From: an uncultured Armatimonadia bacterium
GTDB taxonomy: Bacteria > Armatimonadota > Zipacnadia > CAVVLO01
DNA: 64,000 bases
Reading direction: 5' to 3'
NCBI GenBank assembly: GCA_963749155.1
Contig: CAVVLO010000003.1
Coordinates: 64,001 to 128,000 of the forward strand
Made by a program: the position numbers and the translations under genes. Positions 1 to 9,400 of this stretch are shown here, one piece after another (the stretch's first letter is position 1; every line of letters starts with the position of its first letter). The notes beneath the pieces were generated by a model. That model did not search any database. It was not told where the DNA came from and was given only the letters and a program-made list of their open reading frames with translations.

Positions 1-1567
1 CATCGAGGGGGTGATAGTTGTGGAAATTCACCCAGCGCAACAACGCGTCTACGCCACCGAGGTCCTTGGAGAGAGCTGCGCTCCAGGTCTTGCCACCGAA
101 GGTGCCTACCAGACTGTTGTCGTCCAGGAGCCAGTCCCAGGCAAGGCCGTTGTACATAACCATGCCGTTGTAGTTGACGCCGCTACGCAGCCAGTACCAG
201 ATGTCCGGGTTGTCGGAGAAGGTCGCCTTCAGCATCAGGTCGCCAGGCTCATAGCCAGCCCCGGCGATCTTGGCTTCGAGGTACCAGGCGTTGTCCGCGA
301 CCCAGTCCTTGAGCTGCGTATACTCGCCAGCGACATCGGCCTGGAGCCCGAAGAACGGGATATCCAGCCCATCGTACATCGCGGCGATGCCCCAGCGCTC
401 GGCTTCATAGTCGCCATAGAAGTCGGCCCGCTGCAGTAGCGTGCCCACCAGGCCAAGTCGGCCAAAGTCGTAAGCAGCCGAGTAGACCTGGATCTCTTCC
501 TCGTCGCCCGAGTTGAACCAACTTGGGGCCGAGGAGTCGATGAAGCCCAGCAGAGCGGTGAAGTCAATGCCAGCCAGCGTGAAGTTGGCTTTGATGGCCT
601 CTGCGGGGATGGTATTGTTGTCGAAGGTCAGGCCGCAGCCGGTCTTGTAGTACTGCTTGCCGAAGCGCCAGTCTACGCCCTTGAACAGGCCGTCCTGGAC
701 ATCTACGTAAGCGGTGTCGATGTGGGTGCCGCGGTTGTCCCAGTCATAGGTGGCATCCGGACGCCAGATACCGATATGGCCCTGGGCCTTGTCGGAGATC
801 TTGCCATCGATGTTGACGCGCACTTCGAGGTTGCTGAAACGCTCCCAGTTGCCGGCATAAATGCCATTGGCGTCTTCGGCGGTGCCGACGCGCCACTTGA
901 GGTTGCCAGTGACCTTGTCAGGCTTGTTCTCGAGGGCGTATACGCGGCCATCGAGGGCAACAAGCTTGGCTTCGAGCTGGTCGACGCGATACATCAGATC
1001 GTCTACGTCTACGCCAAGCTCCTGGATATCGGCGCGGAACTCCGCGGCCAGGTTGTCAACGTAGTCTTTGGTCACGAGGTTGCGCACTGCGCCGTCGATC
1101 ATGGCCTGAACCTCGGCTTTGGTAACGCCAGGGCTCATACCGGCCAGGGCGTCTTTGGCAGCCTGCGCGCCAGCGGCGGCAGCGGCGGCCCGAACCTGAT
1201 CCATCGTCATGTCGAAGGTCGGCAGCTTGATGGCCGCAACGGCTTTGGCGGCCTCGTCCTTGGCGATAGCGCGCGCCTCGGCGGCGTCAACGCCAGCCTC
1301 CAGGGCGGCGGTCTTTTCGTCTACGTAGTTCTCGAGGTAATGCACGAGCTTGACTGTGGCCTCGGCGAACTCATAGCGGGTAAGAGTCCTCTGGCCTTTG
1401 TAGGTGCCGTCCGGATAGCCCTGCAGAATGCCGATGTCGGTGAGTTCGTCCACTGCGTCATAGGCCCAGTGGGTGAACGGAACATCGGGCATATCCTTGG
1501 CCATCGCGGGGGCAAGTACGAGCGCTAGCAGCGCTAGCGCTACTACTGCGATTGCGAGTTTTTTCAC
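1..1567 (-). CDS. SLH-domain outer-membrane porin, OmpM/Omp-alpha-like (3' end beyond window start)
   Basis: Absent from the ORF track because it has no stop in the window. Translated by hand from GTG at 1567 (RBS AAGGGG): MKKLAIAVVALALLALVLAPAMA-KDMPDVPFTHWAYDAVDELTDIGILQGYPDGTYKGQRTLTRYEFA (signal peptide plus SLH motif), then an Ala-rich/coiled-coil stalk (LAAEFRADIQELGVDVDDLMYRVDQLEAKLVALDGRVYALE) and a beta-strand-like region (WRFGKQYY, GLTFDN). Strong codon bias. Confidence 0.85.
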   Translation of the reverse strand, partial: MKKLAIAVVALALLALVLAPAMAKDMPDVPFTHWAYDAVDELTDIGILQGYPDGTYKGQRTLTRYEFAEATVKLVHYLENYVDEKTAALEAGVDAAEARAIAKDEAAKAVAAIKLPTFDMTMDQVRAAAAAAGAQAAKDALAGMSPGVTKAEVQAMIDGAVRNLVTKDYVDNLAAEFRADIQELGVDVDDLMYRVDQLEAKLVALDGRVYALENKPDKVTGNLKWRVGTAEDANGIYAGNWERFSNLEVRVNIDGKISDKAQGHIGIWRPDATYDWDNRGTHIDTAYVDVQDGLFKGVDWRFGKQYYKTGCGLTFDNNTIPAEAIKANFTLAGIDFTALLGFIDSSAPSWFNSGDEEEIQVYSAAYDFGRLGLVGTLLQRADFYGDYEAERWGIAAMYDGLDIPFFGLQADVAGEYTQLKDWVADNAWYLEAKIAGAGYEPGDLMLKATFSDNPDIWYWLRSGVNYNGMVMYNGLAWDWLLDDNSLVGTFGGKTWSAALSKDLGGVDALLRWVNFHNYHPLD

Positions 1568-1784
1568 TTTGATTTCCCCTTGTTGGTGTTTTTCGCTGGA
1601 ATCTTTTTCAAGGGGTTGCTTTGAGGAGGGATGGAGAGTGACCTAGTTTCCTTCCATACCAGCCTCAACGCGCACCCACACGATACCTAAGCCCTGGGCG
1701 AGGTCTCGGGGGACACCTCCCTTGCGACCAGATTGCCACTCGACTTTGGTTTCGACTCCAGCTTGGAACGACTTGCTTATCGTT

Positions 1785-1790
1785 ATTATA
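1785..1790 (-). promoter_or_regulatory. Putative sigma70 -10 box (TATAAT) for the porin gene
   Basis: Perfect TATAAT on the minus strand about 220 nt upstream of the GTG, with an AT-rich upstream region. No good -35. Confidence 0.4.
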
Positions 1791-1906
1791 CGGCATATTG
1801 AGAATTCCTTCCTACCCAACAGAAAAAAAGCAGAAGTTTTAAAGATAAATTGACAAAACGCTTCGTCAGCAAGAGATTAGTCTCGCGAACTAGCTAAGGT
1901 CAGTTC

Positions 1907-4900
1907 TTAAGGGTGCAAACTTGTTACTCCTGTGAGCGAGCCCCCCTCTGTCGCTCTGAGCCGCCACACAAGCAACCACTGATGATAATTGTTCGCAACT
2001 TTGGCAACAAAAAGATTGTTTCCCTGCTTCAGATGGACTTGCACACGATCCTCATCGGTCTTGGCTTCTCTTGGGGGAAGAGATTGATGCACGAGTTCGC
2101 CATTCAGATAAATCTGGCAACCGTCATCGGTGCCCAGCAGCAGCAGCGCCTCTTGCTCGCGGTCCGAGACTACCTGCGCAGCGGCATAAGCGATACCTTG
2201 CTCATACTGCCCAAAGTAGTCATTGAAGTTGAATCGGGGCGCGTTTTCGCCAGCGGGTAAAATCCAGGGCGCCTCTACCCAAAGGGCCTCTCCCGTCTCG
2301 TTTACATAACTTTTGCCCAGCTCAAAATCCGTATCCGGAGGAAGTGGATCAGCCGCATCGCCGAAGCCCCCGGATTTGAATACGCCAAGCGCTTTTACTG
2401 GTTGTAGCCAACTGAAATCAATCGAGGCGGATTCGGTTAAAGTCGCGACAGCCTTGCGGAAGGTGATCTCGGCTTCGAGTACAACGGGCACCTCGGCGAC
2501 TGGCAACTGGGAAGGCGGAGTAATTATCAGATTGAGCTGAGCCGTCCCAGCAACAGGTTCCAGCTTCCAGCCCTGCGGTTCTTTCAAGCGAAGGCGGTAG
2601 GTAGCCCCCTTGAGCGCGGAAGGCAGACTGAGTGAGCCGACCACCTTCAAGCGATTCCCTTCAGCCTGGGTTAGGTCAACTGTCAGACCTACCCCAAACA
2701 GAAGCTTGAGAAGCTCACTTTGGATGCCAGTATAGGAGCTATTTTTGACTACTGCTGGCCAAAGGTCGGCATAGGTCTTTTCCGCATCAGAAACGAGCTG
2801 GACAAGCTCTTCAGAATTTGCTCCTGTCTGGGCAGCTCGCCAAAGCTTGGCTTTCACCTGGGCGGCTCCATCGGTCAGTTGCCTGGAAAGTTCTGCAGGC
2901 CCGCCTGAACGATCCAGTTGCTGCGCAGCGCGCTCGGTGCGGCTAGCATATTGTTTAAGCTGCAGCAGCCGGGAGAGGCGCGCTTCATCTGGCAAGCCCG
3001 AGACGGTCAGCGTCGCCCCCTTGCTCACAGCCTGTTCGGGAAGCTGCACTGTAAGTATCCACTTGCCTGCATCATGTTGCCAGCCGGGCGCGTCTTCAGA
3101 CTGAGCCAGAGACTTGCCCCCCAGCCTTACTTCGCCTGGCTTCATCACGCCATGCAGACGAAGGGTATAGATCCGTTCCTGGGGAGCTCCTTCATACCTG
3201 CCTGTCGTCGGCCCAAGCTTAACTGTAGCAGTGCCCACTTCCAGCCTGACCTGCAAGGGAGTGCGCGCATACAATCCTTCCTGGTAGGCCAGAGTCTTGC
3301 CATCGTCTTCATACAGCGTGAAGTCTCCGGCTTTGCCCAGCCAGGCGTCGATGGTGAGTTCTCTTCCGGTAGCCTCTTCCAGGGTCTGGGTCACGGGCTG
3401 GGTTGGAAGCAGCGCGCCTGCTTTCACAAAGAGCGGTATGGTCGAGATATCAGCGCGGTAAAGCAGAGTCTGGGGCCCTTCATACGCCTCTTCGGTCCAG
3501 TAGTCATACCAAAGTCCTGGCGGCAGCCATACAGTTTGGGTTGCATACCCCTCTGCTCCGGCTGGGCGCGTTATTGGAGCAACGAGCAGATTGGCGCCAA
3601 GCAGATACTGCTGAGGATTCGCATAAGCTTCTGAAAGAGCCGGATATTCAAGATACATAGGCCGCGAAAGCGGTTTGCTGGTGAGGAAAGCCTCATGCGC
3701 AAGGCTGTAGAGATACGGCGCCAGGCGGTATCGCCACTGGAAATAGTCTCTTGTTATACGAAGCGCCTTGTTGCCATATTCCCAGGGTTCGCGCACGCCG
3801 TGGTTGCTGTGCAGGCGCAGCACGGGGCTGAAAACGCCAAACTGCACCCAGCGCAGATAGAGTTCGGTATCAATTTTGTTGCCCATAAAGCCGCCGATGT
3901 CATGCGACCAATAGGCATAACCGACATTGCCGGCCTTCGCCGTGAAGGGCACCTCATATTCGAGAACGCCCCACTCGCTGAAGGTATCTCCCGAGAAGCC
4001 AAGTGGATAACGATGGGTACCCAGCCCACCGTAGCGGGAGAAGATAAGCCCGCGTTTGCCGGTGTGCTGCTGGGTGTCGAGGTAATAACACCGGTTGGTC
4101 CACAGGAAGCAATTTAGCCCATCCATCCCCGCTGCGCAGCCATCTATCCAGGTGAAGTCCATCCCCTGATCCAGCAAATCGTGATGGACCACATCGAAAA
4201 ACGCCTCTGACTGAGCCTTCACCGCATGATTGACACGAGCACCGGTGTCGGTCAGCTCAGGGGCCGCCTGATCTACATAGGCCTGGTAGTGGCTGTCTTC
4301 TTTATTAAGCACCCCAGGATGATCGTTGAAGCTGAGCTTGACCTGATTTTGCTTGAGAAAGTCTACGAATCCCGCTGGATCAGGAAAAAGGTCGCGATTC
4401 CAGTCGTAGCCAGTCCAGCCATACAGGTGCCAGTCAACATCACTCACCAGCACGTCAAGCGGAATATCGAGTTCTTGGAAACGTTTTACGATGGCCTCTT
4501 CTTCTGCCTGGGTAAAGGGCCAATAACGCGAATACCAGGCGCCGAAGGCGAATTTTGGAGGCACCGGGATGGGGCCGCAAAGCTGGGTATACCAGCGCAG
4601 ACCCTGGGCGTAATCCAGACCATAGCAGAAGAAATACCAGTCCTGGCCGCGCGGCTGGGGACGCTCGATAATCCACTGCTCGGTTGTATCCCACAGGGGC
4701 GAATTGGTGTCGTCGAGCAAAAACCAGCCACTTCGACTAAGCACACCGGTGTCGACCGCGTAGAGGTTGCTGGAGTTCATAACGTCAAGACTGGTGCGCG
4801 TTCCGCCCAGATTGAGTGGATCTTGCTGGCCTGGTTGCCAGGTCGCAGTTCCGCCATCAGTGGCCCAGAGCAGCATCAGGTTGCTTTGGGCAAAGGCTTC

Positions 4901-5203
4901 GCTTCCCTTATATCTAAGCGTTAGCCTCTCAGTCTTTATCTCAAGCAGATCGGCTTGTTCGGCAACGGTATAAGGCACTTCTGAAAACCTGCGATTGGTA
5001 ACAAGGGCAGTTGTCTGGTCATCAAAGGCGCCATCAGGGGCGTATTCGAGTCGGATAAGCCCGTCATCAAGGACGGAGAAGCGCGCGTTGCCTTGTACCA
5101 CCTGATTGCCGACGCGTTCATATGCCTGGGCAAGCCCGACGGAACAGGCCAGCAGCAACAAGGAACAAAGCAACAAACTGATTTTAGGGTAAGCGCGATT
5201 CAT
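1907..5203 (-). CDS. Secreted glycoside hydrolase family 31 (TIM barrel, DUF5110-like, C-terminal beta-sandwich)
   Basis: Signal peptide; motifs GAWYSRYW, DIPLDVLVSDVDWH, HRYPLGFSGD, WSHDIGG, ELYLRWVQFGVFSPVLRLH, LYEDDG; C-terminal GTDDGCQIYLNG module. Confidence 0.9.
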   Translation of the reverse strand: MNRAYPKISLLLCSLLLLACSVGLAQAYERVGNQVVQGNARFSVLDDGLIRLEYAPDGAFDDQTTALVTNRRFSEVPYTVAEQADLLEIKTERLTLRYKGSEAFAQSNLMLLWATDGGTATWQPGQQDPLNLGGTRTSLDVMNSSNLYAVDTGVLSRSGWFLLDDTNSPLWDTTEQWIIERPQPRGQDWYFFCYGLDYAQGLRWYTQLCGPIPVPPKFAFGAWYSRYWPFTQAEEEAIVKRFQELDIPLDVLVSDVDWHLYGWTGYDWNRDLFPDPAGFVDFLKQNQVKLSFNDHPGVLNKEDSHYQAYVDQAAPELTDTGARVNHAVKAQSEAFFDVVHHDLLDQGMDFTWIDGCAAGMDGLNCFLWTNRCYYLDTQQHTGKRGLIFSRYGGLGTHRYPLGFSGDTFSEWGVLEYEVPFTAKAGNVGYAYWSHDIGGFMGNKIDTELYLRWVQFGVFSPVLRLHSNHGVREPWEYGNKALRITRDYFQWRYRLAPYLYSLAHEAFLTSKPLSRPMYLEYPALSEAYANPQQYLLGANLLVAPITRPAGAEGYATQTVWLPPGLWYDYWTEEAYEGPQTLLYRADISTIPLFVKAGALLPTQPVTQTLEEATGRELTIDAWLGKAGDFTLYEDDGKTLAYQEGLYARTPLQVRLEVGTATVKLGPTTGRYEGAPQERIYTLRLHGVMKPGEVRLGGKSLAQSEDAPGWQHDAGKWILTVQLPEQAVSKGATLTVSGLPDEARLSRLLQLKQYASRTERAAQQLDRSGGPAELSRQLTDGAAQVKAKLWRAAQTGANSEELVQLVSDAEKTYADLWPAVVKNSSYTGIQSELLKLLFGVGLTVDLTQAEGNRLKVVGSLSLPSALKGATYRLRLKEPQGWKLEPVAGTAQLNLIITPPSQLPVAEVPVVLEAEITFRKAVATLTESASIDFSWLQPVKALGVFKSGGFGDAADPLPPDTDFELGKSYVNETGEALWVEAPWILPAGENAPRFNFNDYFGQYEQGIAYAAAQVVSDREQEALLLLGTDDGCQIYLNGELVHQSLPPREAKTDEDRVQVHLKQGNNLFVAKVANNYHQWLLVWRLRATEGGSLTGVTSLHP

Positions 5204-5243
5204 TATTTATCACTCTCCATATCGGCACTGACGACCAAAAGCT

Positions 5244-5681
5244 TTAGGCCTGAGGAGTTTCTTTCCAGGCCATATCATAAAAAATCCAGAGTTGGAGAAG
5301 GGGGACAAAGCTGCCCAGGGCATACCAATAGGGCTTGCTCAGCTTTTCAGAGATAATCCAGATGGCATAACCCCCAAACAGCACCAGGCCCAATAAGGCA
5401 AGCAGTTGGACGGGAAGCAGGGGAATAACCAGGCCAAGCACCAGGATGACTGGCACCCAGTCGGGCAAGCCAGCAAGTTCTGCGCCGAATATTAGCTGGG
5501 CAATCGGTATCCAGGCGAGGAAAGGGTGCTTGTGCTCAAGTTTCTGGGCAATTTTCATCCAGCAGAAAGCGCCCCAGAAGTAAAAAACGGCAAGATAGGC
5601 GACGATTGCGATGACGGCAACCATACCAAGCAGCTGCCAGTAATCGCAAAGAAGGCAATATACATCCTGTGGTTGCTCCAT
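5244..5681 (-). CDS. Small multi-pass membrane protein (DUF5684-like)
   Basis: Hydrophobic helices; WMKIAQK...LAWIPIAQL motif; paralogue of 5800..6306. Confidence 0.7.
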   Translation of the reverse strand: MEQPQDVYCLLCDYWQLLGMVAVIAIVAYLAVFYFWGAFCWMKIAQKLEHKHPFLAWIPIAQLIFGAELAGLPDWVPVILVLGLVIPLLPVQLLALLGLVLFGGYAIWIISEKLSKPYWYALGSFVPLLQLWIFYDMAWKETPQA

Positions 5682-5740
5682 ATTGGCTCTCCTTTGATGA
5701 TAGTCGGTTTTGCCTTCGAGGGGTGAAGTAAATATCCTGC

Positions 5741-5774
5741 AAACAAAAGGGCGCCCCTGTTAGAGGGCGCCCTT
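5741..5774 (-). terminator. Rho-independent terminator of 5800..6306
   Basis: Inverted repeat AAGGGCGCCC/GGGCGCCCTT followed by a T-rich tail on the minus strand. Confidence 0.8.
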
Positions 5775-5799
5775 CGAAAGCCACTAGTCCAGGTCGGTA

Positions 5800-6306
5800 T
5801 TACTCGGCCGGTGGCGGAGGCGGAGGAGGCGGCGCCTGACCGGCTGGCGGCTCCCAAGTGGTAGTCGTCTGGGCGGTAACAGGCTGGGCGCCCCAGGCCA
5901 TGTCATAGATAACCCAAAGGTTCAGGAGTGGGATAACAATGCCCACACAATACCATTCGGGCTTCCCCAGCTTGCGGGCGATGTTGAGGGTCGCATAGAT
6001 CATTACGACCAACCAGCCGATGCCTGCCAGAATGTTAACAAAGGGGATGAAATAGCCCACAATCAGCACTATTGGCACCCAAACAGGCAGGTCACCGAGG
6101 ATCGCAATCATGAACATATTTGCGACTGGTATCCAGGCAAGCCAGGAGTATTCATACCGAAGGTTGTTACCGATTCTCATCCAGGCGAGTGCGCCGAACA
6201 CATAGGCGGCTAGACCGATAACTATGGCGAAGATCATCATTCCACCGAACATCGCCATTGCTCCTGCCCCTAAAGCCGCGTCTGGCATGGTCATTGGAGC
6301 GTCCAA
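5800..6306 (-). CDS. Membrane protein (DUF5684-like) with Pro-rich C-tail
   Basis: WLAWIPVANM motif, about 4 TM segments, PPPPPPPAE tail; RBS GAGGGGG before the TTG start. Confidence 0.7.
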   Translation of the reverse strand: MDAPMTMPDAALGAGAMAMFGGMMIFAIVIGLAAYVFGALAWMRIGNNLRYEYSWLAWIPVANMFMIAILGDLPVWVPIVLIVGYFIPFVNILAGIGWLVVMIYATLNIARKLGKPEWYCVGIVIPLLNLWVIYDMAWGAQPVTAQTTTTWEPPAGQAPPPPPPPPAE

Positions 6307-6429
6307 AGCAATTACCCCCTCTTAATTGGTCTCTTCTGTCTGTGTGTCACTGTCAAATCAAGGTTCGACACCCTTGAAAGTTTCCTGCAAATCCCCTGCT
6401 TATTATTAGAGAATTTCTCAGATTCTTTT

Positions 6430-9400
6430 CTAGGGAGCCAATTTGAAGCGTACATCAGCAATTATCGGAGTGCCGTGAGGCACCCCTGTGCCAACCGCAT
6501 AAGGCCAATCGGAAGGCTGAGTATAGGCGTTTGTATGGAAGGTTGAGCTAAACAGCCTGCCATCCGCAAGCTCCACCACGACACAGAAGCCTCTTATGCG
6601 GAAGTAATCAGCCCCCAGGTTCTCGACCTGGACAGTGGTTGCTGGCGTAAGCGCCTGGATGGCTTCCTTAGTCAGAGGGAGGCGGACCGGTTCGCCCCAG
6701 GTCATCTCGGCCTCTCCTCCCGTGCCAGAGGGCATCGTGCCGAGGTTTATTCCATTGATGACGAGTTCGCTGACATAGGGTTGCTCAGCCTGAAGCCCTG
6801 CGGCCTCATACTGAACCCAGCCCGAGACAGCGTTGTGCAGGTCTGCAAGTGTCACATCCTGAAGCTCGTAAGGCCCTGGCGAATGCTTGAGCTGGCGCGG
6901 AGAGTCATAAAGGCCAACGTCCATCAGTTCCTCGGCGCTTTCAAGGGTGAATTCTGCCCAACAGGCCCAGTCACCTGAAGAATTGTCCTGCTCTCCCACG
7001 TCAGAAATCAACTTGAAACGCACCTGCTGCCCCGCCCAGGCTGACAAGTCGGCTTCAAGCGGAAGCCAGAGATGCTCTTCCACAAGTTGGCTGGCGACAA
7101 TCTCGCTATGGCCGCTCTCATCCACGATGGCCAGCTTAAAGAGGATGCCATCTCCCCTGTCGCTGCCATCCATCTTGCCTACGACACAGCTAAAAGTGGC
7201 AGGCACATCAGCCGGCAACTTTACTGGTGCAAGCAGCGCATAGCTATAGCCAGGCCCTGTCATCCAGGGCGGATGCATAAAGATCCCCATCCGCTCTACT
7301 CCCCCACAACTCATCCGCTTGGAGGCCGCCCAGGCGCCTGTCGCAGCGGCCGGTGGGCGTTCCTGGCCTTCCCGCAAGCACTCGCCTACATCATATGTCG
7401 TAGGCACCTCGGCCACTTGCACTCGTCCAAGCTCCGCAAGTAGCCACCAACTGCGCTGGTAAGTCGAGGTGGCGGAACTCACCGTCAGAGGTATCTCTTC
7501 CAAAGTCTCGTTTGCTGGTTCGCGCCAGGCAAAAGGCAACTGGACAGTCTGGCCAGGAATCAATTCAACCTGCTTAACCTGCCCTGCCAGGTCTACTTTG
7601 ACTTGTGCAGGCGCAGCCAGTGCGGAGCGCAAAGTCAGTACCATCACCGCGTCCGCTGCTTCCCTCTCGCCAAAGGAGGGCAGCCGTAAAGCCGCGTCCA
7701 CCATTGACTTCACCCAGAAATCAATCGCTGCGCCTTCCAGCTCGACCACGAGCCTGGTGTTGGGCGGTGTGTTGCTGGGGATGGTGTATTCATGGCTTTC
7801 TGCACCTTTTATGAGTACTGTCTCTCCTGGCACCACCTCCGTGCGCTCACTTTGCAAGGTGATTGCAGGCGGGCTCTTTGGCGTCAAGAGGTAGCTTGTT
7901 GCACCTTCCACAGGAGACAAAAGCACTTGTCCTCGGCAGAACTGGACCTGGGCGGGGCCTAGCTCGTTTTCAGCAAAATCCAGCGCAACCGCAGAAGCAG
8001 ACTGGCCCGAAAAGGCTACCGAAACAGGTTTCTCGTTAACGTAAGGGAAGACTTCAAGGGAACCATCTTCCCTCTTGATGGCAGCAAAACTGCCTTCAGC
8101 CGCTGCTTCCGGAAGACGCGTAAAGCTGCCGCGCCCATCCATATAGGTGTATGCAGGGCTGAGGGCGTAGTCGAATCGGTGACCGTCCAGGTTGAGGCTT
8201 GCGGCAAGCTGGAGCACCTTGTCTCCATCCAGCAGATAACCTGCCCAGCCATTGGGCGGTAAGACTACTTTGTTGCCTTTAAGGCCGAGGGCTGCCATCA
8301 CGACAGAAGGCAACTCGACTGCCCAGTCCTCTTTTTCGTTCCCATTGACCACCGTTACGCAGCCGTTTGCGTAGGTGTTGCGGATCTGGTTGCGAGTGTA
8401 GGCGCCGGAAGCGACAGCATGACTGGTATCCAGCATACGGCCTTCCGCATCGGCGTATTCAATGGTCGCAACGAGTTCGTCCGCGTATTCTGTGGCCAGC
8501 TGCTGAATAAGGAAATAGGCTCTTGCTGTGCCATCCAGCCCTGCGCCCTGCTCGAAGAAGCCCGGATGGCCGAAAGCCACGGTTGCCGCCAGGAAGCGAT
8601 CAAGCCTCGTCACCCGCTCTGGCCCAGAACCGAGGCCTTCATCCATTGGGTAGAACATCCCCGGGTTGCCCATCCCAAAGCCAACGCAAAGGGGATGCAT
8701 CTTCCTCAAATCAAAATCTACCAGCCAGGGATTCTGAGGGATACGATATTCGGGATCCTGGCCATAGTTGCCGTCAGTCAGCCCCACATAATACCAGTGA
8801 GCGCGCCCCTCGCTGTAGACTGGGCCGTTCCAGGTTGCCTTCTGATGCAGCATTATTTCGCCATAGCTGTAGATGGTCGAGGTGAAGGCGGCAGCGCCTG
8901 GCACGCGCGCATCGAAATCGGTGTAATCCCAGGGATGTACCGCTGTGTGGACATCACAATAAGCAGTGCTGAGATTAAACTTCTCCTGGATGATAGGCGC
9001 AATCTTTGCCTCAAGCTCGACTGCGCGAGAGGGCTTCAGATGGTAGCAACGAGGCCAGGCGGGCCTCCATTGGCCATCTGAGAGTCTCGATACGAAGTCC
9101 TCGTCCCAATATTCGTTGACTGGCGAAAAATCTGTGTAATTGTTGTAGATGCCATACCGGAAGCCCAAGTCCTGGATGGCTTTGGAATACCAGGCCTGGG
9201 ACTCATCTCCGCCTCGACCAGGCGCCGCTTTGGTCCTCAGCGTGAAGCTCTCTCCCCCATCGCGCCAGCCAGTTTCGTGGTCGGTGATGAGGATCTCGGT
9301 CATACCAAGCCTGCTATAACGCTGCCAATGGGCATAATCGCCCTTCCGGTCCCAGGCGCCATGGGCAATCCAAACGCGCTCTGAAGTCACATCGAACCAG

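Noticed and set aside
722..1528. 268-aa plus-strand ORF (also 11..439)
   Set aside because: Antisense shadow of the strongly codon-biased SLH porin gene.
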